From Gemmatimonadaceae bacterium (GTDB lineage Bacteria; Gemmatimonadota; Gemmatimonadetes; Gemmatimonadales; Gemmatimonadaceae): a stretch of DNA of 56,750 bases. Position numbers and translations under genes: made by a program. How positions within the stretch are numbered: position 1 is the stretch's first letter; each line of letters starts with the position of its first letter. This document shows positions 1 to 8,500 of this stretch, one piece after another. The notes under the pieces are model-generated. The model did not search any database and was not told where the DNA came from. It saw only the letters and a program-made list of their open reading frames with translations. The stretch covers positions 1 to 56,750 of the forward strand of contig JBGTMW010000341.1 of the NCBI GenBank assembly GCA_041743365.1, in the 5' to 3' direction.

Positions 1-1
1 G

Positions 2-388
2 CTGCCGGCGGCGACCCAGAAGTACGGAGTGGTGGGGTTCTGCTGGGGCGGGACTGCTTCATTCGAGCACGCACTGCACTCTACTGATCTGGACGCAGCC
101 GTCGTTTACTATGGCAGCACGCCGAGCGGCGCCAATTTTTCCAGCGTACAGGCGCCTGTGCTGGGGCTGTACGGCGCGAACGACAATCGAGTCAACTCGA
201 CGATTCCGGCAGCCGACTCCGGGATGAGAGCCGCCGGCAAGAGCTACGAGTCCCATGTCTTCGCCGGAGCCGGACATGGCTTTCTGCGCGCGCAATCCGA
301 CACCGTTCCGGACAGCCCGAATCTGGTCGCCAGTGAAGCCGCGTGGCCGTTGACGATCGCGTTCTTCCGAAGGCATCTCGGGTCATAG
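2..388 (+). CDS. dienelactone hydrolase family protein, C-terminal part (5' end lies outside the window)
   Basis: The reading frame is open to the window edge (LPAATQKYGVVGFCWGG...). It has the GFCWGG nucleophile-region motif and a C-terminal GAGHGF His motif typical of dienelactone hydrolases. Confidence 0.7.
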   Translation: MPAATQKYGVVGFCWGGTASFEHALHSTDLDAAVVYYGSTPSGANFSSVQAPVLGLYGANDNRVNSTIPAADSGMRAAGKSYESHVFAGAGHGFLRAQSDTVPDSPNLVASEAAWPLTIAFFRRHLGS

Positions 389-419
389 GAACGACCTGGT
401 AAACTGACAACCGGATTCG

Positions 420-1004
420 ATGCCGCATCTCTTTCTTGCCGCACTTCTGCTCGGACTGGTACTGGGCGTGTTCATCATGCTGCTGGGCGTCGAGCGGCGG
501 CCGCGGCGTTCGAATCAGGGCAGCGGTACGCCGAGCCCGTTTGCATCCCGAGAGAGTCTCACCGCCGCTTCGAACGAGATCTCGGCCCGCTTCCACCTGC
601 CCATCGTCGCCGCCTTCGCTACGATGTTCGGGGGAACGGGCTATCTCCTCACGCGCTACGCGTCACTGGGAAAGGCGGGGCAGGTCCTCATCGCGGCCGG
701 GGCTGGTGCTCTTCTCGCGGCCGCCGCTGTCATCCTCATCGCCAAGTGGGCGATCCCCTCGGCACGACGCGATGTTCCGGACGAGCGGTACCTCTGGCAG
801 GGAATGTTCGGCCACGTGACAGTTTCCATCGATCGCGGCAGTCCGGGGTGCATTACCGTCGAGGTAGACGGAACGCGACATGCCGTATCGGCGGTGAGTT
901 TGGCGGGCGATACGATCGACGAGGGCTCGGACGTGGTCATCGAGCGGATCGAGGGAGGCATGGCCTTCGTCGAGCCCTGGGCTGCAGTGGAGCGACGTCT
1001 GTAG
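420..1004 (+). CDS. NfeD-like membrane protein
   Basis: Hydrophobic N-terminal helices are followed by a C-terminal beta-rich segment (GHVTVSIDRGSPGCITVEVDGTRHAVSAVSL..GSDVVIERIEGGMAFVEPW). That segment resembles the NfeD C-terminal OB-fold. Confidence 0.5.
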   Translation: MPHLFLAALLLGLVLGVFIMLLGVERRPRRSNQGSGTPSPFASRESLTAASNEISARFHLPIVAAFATMFGGTGYLLTRYASLGKAGQVLIAAGAGALLAAAAVILIAKWAIPSARRDVPDERYLWQGMFGHVTVSIDRGSPGCITVEVDGTRHAVSAVSLAGDTIDEGSDVVIERIEGGMAFVEPWAAVERRL

Positions 1005-1056
1005 AAGCTGACCCGTAAGTTCTCGCGCCAGGGTCGTGCAAGCCGAGGAATTGCCT

Positions 1057-1368
1057 ATGTCGGATGGAGTCATCTTCGTTGCTGTCTTCGGCGGCCTGTT
1101 CATCCTCCGCATTATCGCAGCAACGATCGTATTCCTCTGGATACTTCCCGAAGGCGATCGGTGCCCCAACTGCGACGCGGTGACTCTTCGCGTGCAGTCG
1201 GCTGGGTGGAATCGACTCATGCCCTGGTTCCGAACCAGCTGGTGTTACGAGTGCGGATGGGACGGCCTGCTTCGAAATGGTCCTGTCACGGCGCCGCCCA
1301 CGGTTTCTGTGGGAGGTACCACAGCCAGCGCACCGCCGGGCACGCCCATCAAGCGCAGACGAGTGTGA
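1057..1368 (+). CDS. small membrane-anchored zinc-ribbon protein (hypothetical)
   Basis: I placed the start at ATG 1057, which is preceded by GAGGA. The protein has one TM helix (VIFVAVFGGLFILRIIAATIVFLWIL) and then CPNC...CYEC cysteine pairs. Confidence 0.4.
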   Translation: MSDGVIFVAVFGGLFILRIIAATIVFLWILPEGDRCPNCDAVTLRVQSAGWNRLMPWFRTSWCYECGWDGLLRNGPVTAPPTVSVGGTTASAPPGTPIKRRRV

Positions 1369-1450
1369 CCCCGCACCGAGTCTCGCGGTCGCGGCCCATC
1401 GGGTCGGCAACGGTCGTGGGCCGGGATCCGGCACGGGCAGGATCGACGGC

Positions 1451-1738
1451 TCAGGCGCCGCTCATCGCGTAGAGCCTGAGCCACTCCGGCCAGTTGCCGC
1501 TCAGCTCGAAGAAATCGTCGAAGTAGACGAGACCTGCCTCTTCCAGCTCCTCGATGAGGTCGGTCAAGGTGTTCTCGCCGGGTAATGGGCCGATTGCGAT
1601 CAGCTCTCCCTCGACTCGAAACTCATCCGGCGTGAGGTTCAACCGTTCATCGAATGCGATGCGCGTGAGATTCGCACGATCGAAAGCGTTCCGGCGAATG
1701 AGCAGAGTCGGTGCACGCGGTGCTACATCGAGAGGCAT
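1451..1738 (-). CDS. hypothetical protein (95 aa, acidic C-terminus)
   Basis: This is the only ORF filling the gap, and it lies divergent from mnmG. I recognise no family. Confidence 0.35.
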   Translation of the reverse strand: MPLDVAPRAPTLLIRRNAFDRANLTRIAFDERLNLTPDEFRVEGELIAIGPLPGENTLTDLIEELEEAGLVYFDDFFELSGNWPEWLRLYAMSGA

Positions 1739-1833
1739 TGTGCGCTCCTCATGGAACGGAATGAATTGCCGGCGTGCGCTTTGGACGTGATCGATGGTTT
1801 CTTCTTCGCGGCCATGGGCTGTACCTTTCTTGA

Positions 1834-3771
1834 ATGAATGAAGTCGGGTCCCACAGCGGTTTCGAGAGCTGGTTCGACGTCGTGGTCGTCGGAGCCGGCC
1901 ACGCCGGCACCGAGGCAGCGGTTGCGGCCGCTCGCCTTGGCGCGCGAGTCGGAATCATAACGAGCTCGCTCGAGACGATCGGGCAGATGTCGTGCAATCC
2001 CGCCATCGGCGGCGTTGCCAAGGGAACCGTCGTGCGGGAGGTCGATGCCCTGGGAGGAATCATGGGCCGAGCGACCGACCTCGCGATGCTTCAGTTCCGG
2101 ATGCTGAACCGGAGCAAGGGTCCCGCGGTATGGGCCCCACGCGCGCAGTGCGATCGCGGACTGTACAGGCGCGCCGTTCGCACGCTGCTAGAGCAGCACT
2201 CCACCCTCCATACGATTCAGGGTACTGTCGCCCGGCTGATCGTCGAGGGCGACCGACCGGAAGTGCGCGGAGTCGAGACTCTCGAGGGACGCCGGTTCGG
2301 TGCCCGGACGGTCGTGATCACGACAGGCACCTTCCTTCGTGGTCGCATTCACATTGGAAATGACACGCGTATGGGGGGTGGGCGGGCCGGTGAAGCTCCC
2401 GCGATCGCCCTGGCGGAGCAGCTCGAGGCGCTCGGTCTGCAGGTGGCCCGTTTCAAGACCGGGACCCCACCGCGCATAGACGGACGTTCCGTCGACTTCA
2501 GCCTGCTTCAGCGCCAGGAGAGCGAGATCGAGGATTTCGACTACTCGTGGTCGCACTTCTGGAGCTCACCCCGCACGGGAAATGATCAGACGAGGCATCC
2601 CGCGCAGCTTCCATGCTGGATCACATCGATCGGAGCGAGGGCGAAGGCGATAATAGTCGAGAACATCGGCCGCTCGGCCATGTACGGTGGTGCGATTGCG
2701 TCCCGGGGTCCGCGATACTGTCCGTCGGTGGAGGACAAGATCGTGAAGTTTCCGGCGGCGGAGGAGCACCAGCTCTTTCTGGAGCCGGAAGGTCACGACA
2801 CGACCGAGATGTACGTGAATGGGCTGTCGACATCGCTGCCCGCTACAGTGCAGCTCGAGATCCTGCGTACCGTTCCTGGCCTGGCGGATGTTCGCATGAC
2901 GCGTGCTGGCTATGCCATCGAGTACGACTATTACCCTCCCACCCAGCTCGATGCCTCGCTCGCGGTGAAGGCTCTGCGGGGCCTTTACTTCGCCGGCCAG
3001 ATCAACGGGACGACCGGCTATGAAGAGGCTGCAGGGCAGGGGGTCATTGCCGGTGTGAACGCAGCGCTGGCAGCGCAGGACAGGCCCCGGCTGATCCTGG
3101 GGCGCGAGACGTCGTACATCGCGGTGCTCATCGATGACCTGGTCACCCGTGGGGTGGACGAGCCGTACCGGCTCTTCACCTCGCGGTCCGAGTTTCGGTT
3201 GACCGTGCGTCAGGACAATGCGCTTCGGCGGCTGTCGCCGGCAGGACTGGAGCTGGGCCTGTACGATGCTGTCGAGCGTGAGGTGGTCACGCGCCGTCTG
3301 GCCGGCGAGGATCAGGCTCTCGCCCTGGCGAACGCCACGAGCATCAAGCCGAATGTTGCCGCGCCTTTGCTGGCGGCGGCGGGGAGCTCCCCGCTTGTCC
3401 ATGCCGTGCGTTTGAGCGAGCTGGCGAAGAGGCAGGGAATCGAGCTCGGGGCGTTGTTTGCGGCGGCAGGGGTCGGTGCCGAATTGCCTGGCGAGGCGGT
3501 GGTGACAACCGAGTTGGAGCTCAAGTACTCCGGGTATCTGGATCGTGAGCGTATTCAAGCGGCGCGTATACGGCGCCTTGGTGACTTTATGCTAGCTCAA
3601 GATCTTGATTATCTGGAGATGAAGTCCTTGTCTCTCGAGGCTCGGCAGAAGCTGTCCTCCCTCAGGCCCTCGACGCTGGCTCAGGCATCGCGACTGTCCG
3701 GTATCAGTCCGAGCGATCTCCAGAACCTGGTTCTAGAGGTGGATCGGCGGCGCAAGGTGGTTGCGGGCTGA
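1834..3771 (+). CDS. mnmG: tRNA uridine 5-carboxymethylaminomethyl modification enzyme MnmG (GidA)
   Basis: The N-terminus carries the FAD fingerprint FDVVVVGAGHAGTEAA. Further motifs are SCNPAIGG, TGTFL, GPRYCPSIE-like (GPRYCPSVE) and GQINGTTGYEEAA. The 645-aa length is typical. Confidence 0.95.
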   Translation: MNEVGSHSGFESWFDVVVVGAGHAGTEAAVAAARLGARVGIITSSLETIGQMSCNPAIGGVAKGTVVREVDALGGIMGRATDLAMLQFRMLNRSKGPAVWAPRAQCDRGLYRRAVRTLLEQHSTLHTIQGTVARLIVEGDRPEVRGVETLEGRRFGARTVVITTGTFLRGRIHIGNDTRMGGGRAGEAPAIALAEQLEALGLQVARFKTGTPPRIDGRSVDFSLLQRQESEIEDFDYSWSHFWSSPRTGNDQTRHPAQLPCWITSIGARAKAIIVENIGRSAMYGGAIASRGPRYCPSVEDKIVKFPAAEEHQLFLEPEGHDTTEMYVNGLSTSLPATVQLEILRTVPGLADVRMTRAGYAIEYDYYPPTQLDASLAVKALRGLYFAGQINGTTGYEEAAGQGVIAGVNAALAAQDRPRLILGRETSYIAVLIDDLVTRGVDEPYRLFTSRSEFRLTVRQDNALRRLSPAGLELGLYDAVEREVVTRRLAGEDQALALANATSIKPNVAAPLLAAAGSSPLVHAVRLSELAKRQGIELGALFAAAGVGAELPGEAVVTTELELKYSGYLDRERIQAARIRRLGDFMLAQDLDYLEMKSLSLEARQKLSSLRPSTLAQASRLSGISPSDLQNLVLEVDRRRKVVAG

Positions 3772-4247
3772 CCGGCTGGTACGCGTTGGCAACGCGGCGA
3801 TCAGCGCGGCGTGGTTGGCGGTTGCGATGTGTAGGGAGACCGAAGAAGGCCCCGCTCAGGCAGGGCAGGGTCACGGGCGGTGTCGTTCGCGGCGCAACGG
3901 GGCTCCGGAAGCCAACCTGATATAGTAACTAGTTGGTATTTATCAACCCGAATAACTCCAGCTCCCACTCTGTAGAAATAGTCCCGTTCTGCGATCAAAT
4001 CGCCGTTCGTCGGTTTCGGAGTTCCGTGGGGGTGAATCACACTGGGCGTCACGTCGCTTCTCGATCGGCCGGGGGTTCGCCGCAGCGGTGCGAAGAGGCC
4101 AGCTGCGTAGCCGCGGAAGGGGAGCGGGGCGACCCCTTCGCTCACAAGCCACGGCAGGGGCCCGAGGCCCGCCGGCAAGCTGTCGGGGACCTCGCGCCCG
4201 CGTTCGAGCGGCGGCGCGTCCCTCGGGATTGGCGTCGACCAGCGGCA

Positions 4248-4263
4248 TGTTTCACGTGAAACA
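4248..4263. promoter_or_regulatory. parS: parS centromere-like site (perfect TGTTTCACGTGAAACA palindrome)
   Basis: Exact 16-bp consensus parS, and the flanking A/T extend the palindrome to 4247..4264. It sits 56 bp upstream of the parA start. Confidence 0.85.
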
Positions 4264-4318
4264 TCAGCTTCGTTTTCTGCGCTATATTCCCTGAGTTCAT
4301 TTCAGCCAAAGGGGCGGC

Positions 4319-5125
4319 GTGGCACGAGTCATCGCAATCGCAAACCAGAAGGGCGGGGTCGGGAAGACGACGACGGCAGTAAATCTCGCAGCGAGCCTTG
4401 CCCTGACCGAACAGAAGATCCTCCTCGTCGATGGCGATCCTCAGGGGAACGCCACCAGCGGAATCGGTCTGGGCCGCGATCAGCTGGTGAGTACCACCTA
4501 CGAGGTGCTTCTTGGCAGCGCCACCACCGACCATGCCATTATCCGCCACGTCCAGTTCAAGAATCTCGACGTTTTGCCTGCGACCCCTGACCTGGCCGGA
4601 GCGGAGGTCGAGCTCGTGGACCGACCCGAGCGCGAGAGACGCATGCGCGAAGCCCTGGCCGATGTCCGGGACAGGTACGACTACATCCTCATCGACTGCC
4701 CTCCGTCGCTGGGGCTGATAACCGTCAACATGCTGACGGCCGCGGATGCGCTCCTCATCCCCCTCCAGTGCGAGTATTACGCACTCGAAGGGCTCTCCCA
4801 GCTTCTGAACACGGTCCACCTCGTCCAGAAGAACCTCAACGAAAACCTGGAGATCGACGGCGTCCTCCTGACGATGTACGACGCCCGACTCAACCTGTCC
4901 CGCCAGGTTGCGGCAGACGCACGAGAGTATTTCTCCAACAAGGTTTTCGAGACCATCGTCCCGAGAAATGTCCGACTGGCCGAAGCGCCCAGCTTCGGGA
5001 AACCGATCATCCTTTACGATGTCGCCTCCGTCGGCGCGCAGGCGTATGTAAGCGTCGCCAATGAGTTGCTTGCACGTCACCGCGCAACCGAACGGGGCGA
5101 GCCGAACCTGGTCCTTCACCAGTAA
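4319..5125 (+). CDS. parA: chromosome partitioning ATPase ParA (Soj)
   Basis: GTG start preceded by AAAGGGG. The protein has the deviant Walker A motif KGGVGKTTTAVNLA, and LIDCPPSLG. It is followed by parB. Confidence 0.93.
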   Translation: MARVIAIANQKGGVGKTTTAVNLAASLALTEQKILLVDGDPQGNATSGIGLGRDQLVSTTYEVLLGSATTDHAIIRHVQFKNLDVLPATPDLAGAEVELVDRPERERRMREALADVRDRYDYILIDCPPSLGLITVNMLTAADALLIPLQCEYYALEGLSQLLNTVHLVQKNLNENLEIDGVLLTMYDARLNLSRQVAADAREYFSNKVFETIVPRNVRLAEAPSFGKPIILYDVASVGAQAYVSVANELLARHRATERGEPNLVLHQ

Positions 5126-5198
5126 GTCGAACGCCCCCGGTTCCGCGCTCGAACGCAATTCGGGGCATCGATCTCACCAGGACTACCTCCGCCCGTCC

Positions 5199-6113
5199 AT
5201 GACCACTGAAAAACCACGCCGGCTCGGGCGCGGGCTCGAAGCCCTTCTGGGTAGCGCCTCGCTCGCCAATCCCGCGTCGGCCGCCGAAGCGAAGGAAAAA
5301 GGCGAACTCCAGAGGATTCGGCTGGGCGATATCCGTCCCAATCCCTACCAGCCTCGCCGCACGTTCAATGAGGACGAGCTGGCTGATCTGGAGTCGAGCC
5401 TCCGCGCCAACGGGCTTCTCCAGCCGATAACCGTTCGCCCCGCTCCCAACGCAAAGGGCTTCGAGCTGGTGGCCGGAGAACGCCGCCTCCGTGCTGCAAG
5501 CCGGCTGGGGTGGAGCGACATACCCGCACTCGTGCGACCACTCGATGACAAGGCGCTCCTGACTCTGGCCCTCGTCGAGAATCTCCAGCGTGCCGATCTC
5601 AACCCGCTCGAGGAGGCCGAGGGCTATCAGCGACTCATCGAAGAGTTCGAGCTGACTCAGCAGCAGGTGGCCGATGTGGTCGGCAAGGATCGCTCGACCG
5701 TCGCTAACATGTTGCGGCTGTTGGGTTTACCTGCTTCGGTGCGCCGCTTTGTGCAAGAGGCGAAGATTACCCTTGGCCACGCACGAGCATTGCTCGCCCT
5801 GGGTGACGAGCGCGCCATGATCGAACTGGCCCGCCGCATCGTGACTGAAGGTCTGACTGTCCGCGATGTCGAGCGGCAGGCAAGACTTCCCGGGAAGGCC
5901 CGGCGTCTAAAGCAAGGCAAGGCGAAAAAGGGGACCGAAGGAACCGCGGAAACGAGACGAATCGAGGATGATCTTCGTCGTCATCTGCAGACCGACGTGA
6001 GGATCGCGGTCTCCGACGGCGAGCGAGGGGTCATCGCGATCTCCTTCTATTCCTCCGAAGACCTCGAGAGGGTGCTCGACCTGGTGCTTGGACCGAAACG
6101 GGAGCAGATGTGA
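5199..6113 (+). CDS. parB: chromosome partitioning protein ParB (Spo0J)
   Basis: I moved the start to MTTEKPRRLGRGLEALL. The protein has the ParB box GERRLRA and the HTH segment TQQQVADVVGKDRSTVANMLRLL. Confidence 0.93.
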   Translation: MTTEKPRRLGRGLEALLGSASLANPASAAEAKEKGELQRIRLGDIRPNPYQPRRTFNEDELADLESSLRANGLLQPITVRPAPNAKGFELVAGERRLRAASRLGWSDIPALVRPLDDKALLTLALVENLQRADLNPLEEAEGYQRLIEEFELTQQQVADVVGKDRSTVANMLRLLGLPASVRRFVQEAKITLGHARALLALGDERAMIELARRIVTEGLTVRDVERQARLPGKARRLKQGKAKKGTEGTAETRRIEDDLRRHLQTDVRIAVSDGERGVIAISFYSSEDLERVLDLVLGPKREQM

Positions 6114-6913
6114 CGAACCCCAAGCCGAGTGATTCGCGCGGCTACGGCAACATCTACACGCCGCATGCCGGATCGATGATCATCCAGGTGCAGCGTGAAG
6201 GCGGCCTGGCCAACCGAACGATCATCCTCGGCACCCGCCAGGTAAGGCTGCTGCGCTTTTTCATGTCTCGAACTGGCCGGATCGTGCTCGCGATTCTCGC
6301 CGGCAGCTGGGCATTCTTCGCGTTTCAGACTTTTCGCGTCCCCGTGCTCACGGCGCAGATAGGGAAGCTCGAGAAGGATGGAATGCGGCTCGACACCCTG
6401 ACGCTGACCCTTGCTCAGCTCCAGAAGCAATACGATCAGGTGCAGGTGATGCTCGGTGCCACCTCGAAGGAGGCGGGAGCCAGTGCGCCTGACTCGGTTC
6501 CGCTCACCATTCCAACCTCGTGGCCGCTCGCTGTCCCGGGCTACGTCACACGCGGAACAGCAGGTCCCAGCACCTATAACGACGCGCACCCCGGCCTCGA
6601 TGTCGCGGTTCCGATCGGGACACCTGTTCGTGCCGCGGGAGGGGGCGTAGTCGTCGAGGTGAAGGAAGACGACGAATACGGCCTCTCGGTTCGCGTCGCG
6701 CATCTGGATGGCTACGAAACACTCTACGCCCACACCAGCAAGGTTCTCGTACAGGCAGGCGACCGTGTAGCACGAGGCCGCACCATCGCGCTCTCGGGCA
6801 ACAGCGGCAGGTCGACCGCGCCGCACCTGCACTTCGAAGTACGACGCGCCGGGAAGGTGCTGGATCCCATGCAGCTCATCACGAAGGAATCGCGCAATGG
6901 CAATGTTCAATAA
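6110..6913 (+). CDS. membrane-anchored M23 (LytM-type) metallopeptidase with coiled coil
   Basis: The GTG start overlaps the parB stop (GTGA at 6110..6113). The protein has a TM helix (IVLAILAGSWAFFAF), a coiled-coil stretch, and the M23 motifs HPGLD and APHLHFEV. The exact start is uncertain. Confidence 0.85.
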   Translation: MTNPKPSDSRGYGNIYTPHAGSMIIQVQREGGLANRTIILGTRQVRLLRFFMSRTGRIVLAILAGSWAFFAFQTFRVPVLTAQIGKLEKDGMRLDTLTLTLAQLQKQYDQVQVMLGATSKEAGASAPDSVPLTIPTSWPLAVPGYVTRGTAGPSTYNDAHPGLDVAVPIGTPVRAAGGGVVVEVKEDDEYGLSVRVAHLDGYETLYAHTSKVLVQAGDRVARGRTIALSGNSGRSTAPHLHFEVRRAGKVLDPMQLITKESRNGNVQ

Positions 6914-7331
6914 GGACTCGAATGGCAGTGAGGCGCGCGCCCCCCAGGGGAACGGCGACGCGAATCTCTCGGTGATTGCCGCTGGCTCGAAGGTCATCGG
7001 CGACATGGAGTGCTCGGGTGTCCTCAAGATCGAAGGAACCGTTGAAGGCACGATCCGCGGTGCGCGGCAGGTTCTCCTCGGTCGCCAAGGCCTGGTAAAG
7101 GGAGACATTGAAACCCGCGAGGCCGTCATCGGGGGTCAGGTCGAAGGCGCGATCCACGCCCTCGAGCGCGTGGAGATCCAGGGAACCGCCGCGGTCATTG
7201 GAAACGTGCACACCAAGACGATCGTGATTCGCGAGGGCGGTCAGATAAACGGCGCCGTGCGCATGGATGAGTCACCGGCACGCCTCGAAGACGACGAGAT
7301 TCGTCCCCCAGCGGTAGCCGTCGTGCGTTGA
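6897..7331 (+). CDS. bactofilin (polymer-forming cytoskeletal protein)
   Basis: Repetitive beta-helix pattern (VIGDMECSGVLKIEGTVEGTIRGARQVLLGRQGLVKGDIETREAVIGGQVEGAIHALERVEIQG..). It overlaps the M23 gene by 17 nt. Confidence 0.85.
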   Translation: MAMFNKDSNGSEARAPQGNGDANLSVIAAGSKVIGDMECSGVLKIEGTVEGTIRGARQVLLGRQGLVKGDIETREAVIGGQVEGAIHALERVEIQGTAAVIGNVHTKTIVIREGGQINGAVRMDESPARLEDDEIRPPAVAVVR

Positions 7332-7360
7332 TTTCGGCAGGGTTTAAGCGTACTCTCGTC

Positions 7361-7405
7361 AAGGCGGTCGCTGCTTCGGCAGCCGGCCGCCTTTCTGCGT
7401 TTTCG
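7361..7405 (+). terminator. rho-independent terminator after the bactofilin gene
   Basis: Hairpin AAGGCGG..GCUGC-UUCG-GCAGC..CCGCCUU is followed by UCUGCGUUUUCGG. Confidence 0.55.
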
Positions 7406-7459
7406 GGGCACTTCTCCACAAGCGCATAAACCCTTACCACTACACGAATTAGGCGACCC

Positions 7460-8500
7460 ATGCACAGGCATGCGCGGCCCTTGTCCACAGCAGCCCACAT
7501 CGCATTCCTCGCCGCCGCGATATCGTGCGCCCCAGGAAGCGGCGACTCCGCCGACAGTGCTCGCCAACCCGGTGAAGCAACTTTCCGCGTAGCGCTCCTG
7601 ACCCCGGGTCCCATCTCCGACCGGTCATGGAACGGAGGCGCATACGATGGCCTCATCCGTATCCGGGACAGCCTGAACGCTCAGGTCAGTCACATCGAGA
7701 CGAAGACCCCCGCGGAGTTCGAGGAGAACTTTCGGCAGTACGGCGCGCAGGGCTACGACCTTGTGTTCGGTCACGGATTCGAGTTCCAGGATGCCGCATT
7801 GCGGGTCGCGCCATCCTATCCGCGAACGATCTTCGTGACGACCTCGGGCAACAGCGTGCTGCCGAACGTGGCGGGCATGGTCTTCAACATGGAGGATGCA
7901 TCGTACCTCGCCGGCACCATGGCCGCGTACCTGACGAAGACCGGAACCCTCGCAGCGATAGGCGGCGCTGAGTTTCCGCCGGTCAAGAGCAGCTTCCAGG
8001 CATTTGAGGCCGGTGCGCGGGCCGCACGCCCATCCGTGCGGGTTCTGACGACATATCTGGGCACCTGGGATGATGTCAGCGCTGGCAAGGAGCAGGCTAT
8101 CGCCCTCATGAATCGCGGCGCCGATGTGATTTTCCAGAATGCCGACGCCGCTGGTCTCGGGATCTTCAACGCAGCCCGTGAACGGAACGGTGTGTTCGTC
8201 TTCGGCACGAACTCCGATCAGAACTCTGTCGCGCCGACGGTGATCATCGCGAGTGTCGTCATCGACCTGCCACACGCGCTGCTCTCCGTAGCACGCGAGG
8301 TTCAGGATGGAAGATTCAGAGGCAGGGTAATTCGACTCGGTGGTCGTGAGAGTGTCGTGAGTATCATCATGAATCCCGCGCTCGCCAGCGCAATTCCCGC
8401 TGCGGCAAGGGTGGCGGTCGACTCCATCCAGCGGTCGATGCTCGAGGGCCTGTTCCGGGCACCGTCGACGGCATTCACCGATTCCGCGTCCGGCTCATGA
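7460..8500 (+). CDS. BMP family (Med/PnrA-like) ABC transporter substrate-binding lipoprotein
   Basis: Lipobox LAAAISC. BMP-type motifs include LLTPGPISDRSWNGGAYDGL and GFEFQDA. Confidence 0.85.
   Translation: MHRHARPLSTAAHIAFLAAAISCAPGSGDSADSARQPGEATFRVALLTPGPISDRSWNGGAYDGLIRIRDSLNAQVSHIETKTPAEFEENFRQYGAQGYDLVFGHGFEFQDAALRVAPSYPRTIFVTTSGNSVLPNVAGMVFNMEDASYLAGTMAAYLTKTGTLAAIGGAEFPPVKSSFQAFEAGARAARPSVRVLTTYLGTWDDVSAGKEQAIALMNRGADVIFQNADAAGLGIFNAARERNGVFVFGTNSDQNSVAPTVIIASVVIDLPHALLSVAREVQDGRFRGRVIRLGGRESVVSIIMNPALASAIPAAARVAVDSIQRSMLEGLFRAPSTAFTDSASGS

Noticed and set aside
4080-4235. GC-rich hairpin cluster considered as a riboswitch, for example cobalamin (the aagccacgg resembles a B12 box).
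   Set aside because: The core cobalamin motifs are not recognisable, the downstream gene is parA, and GC-rich DNA forms such hairpins by chance. I left it inside the gap finding, to be tested with Rfam.
3801-4259. ORFs in the mnmG-parA gap (3801..4178 minus, 3933..4259 plus, 4088..4294 plus), considered as a possible rsmG remnant or new gene.
   Set aside because: No RsmG SAM-binding motif appears in any frame, and the translations are low in complexity. The MFHVKH peptide is simply the translation of the parS palindrome.
4142-5158. 338-aa ORF antisense to parA. Similar long shadow ORFs are 6047..7129(-), 10490..12058(-), 17428..18372(+), 21232..22467(+), 22762..23694(+), 25675..27006(+), 42079..43392(-) and 47154..48218(-).
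   Set aside because: Each lies opposite to, or out of frame with, a gene that has strong family motifs. Their translations are Arg/Pro/Gly/Ser-rich and low in complexity, as expected for stop-poor alternative frames in GC-rich DNA.
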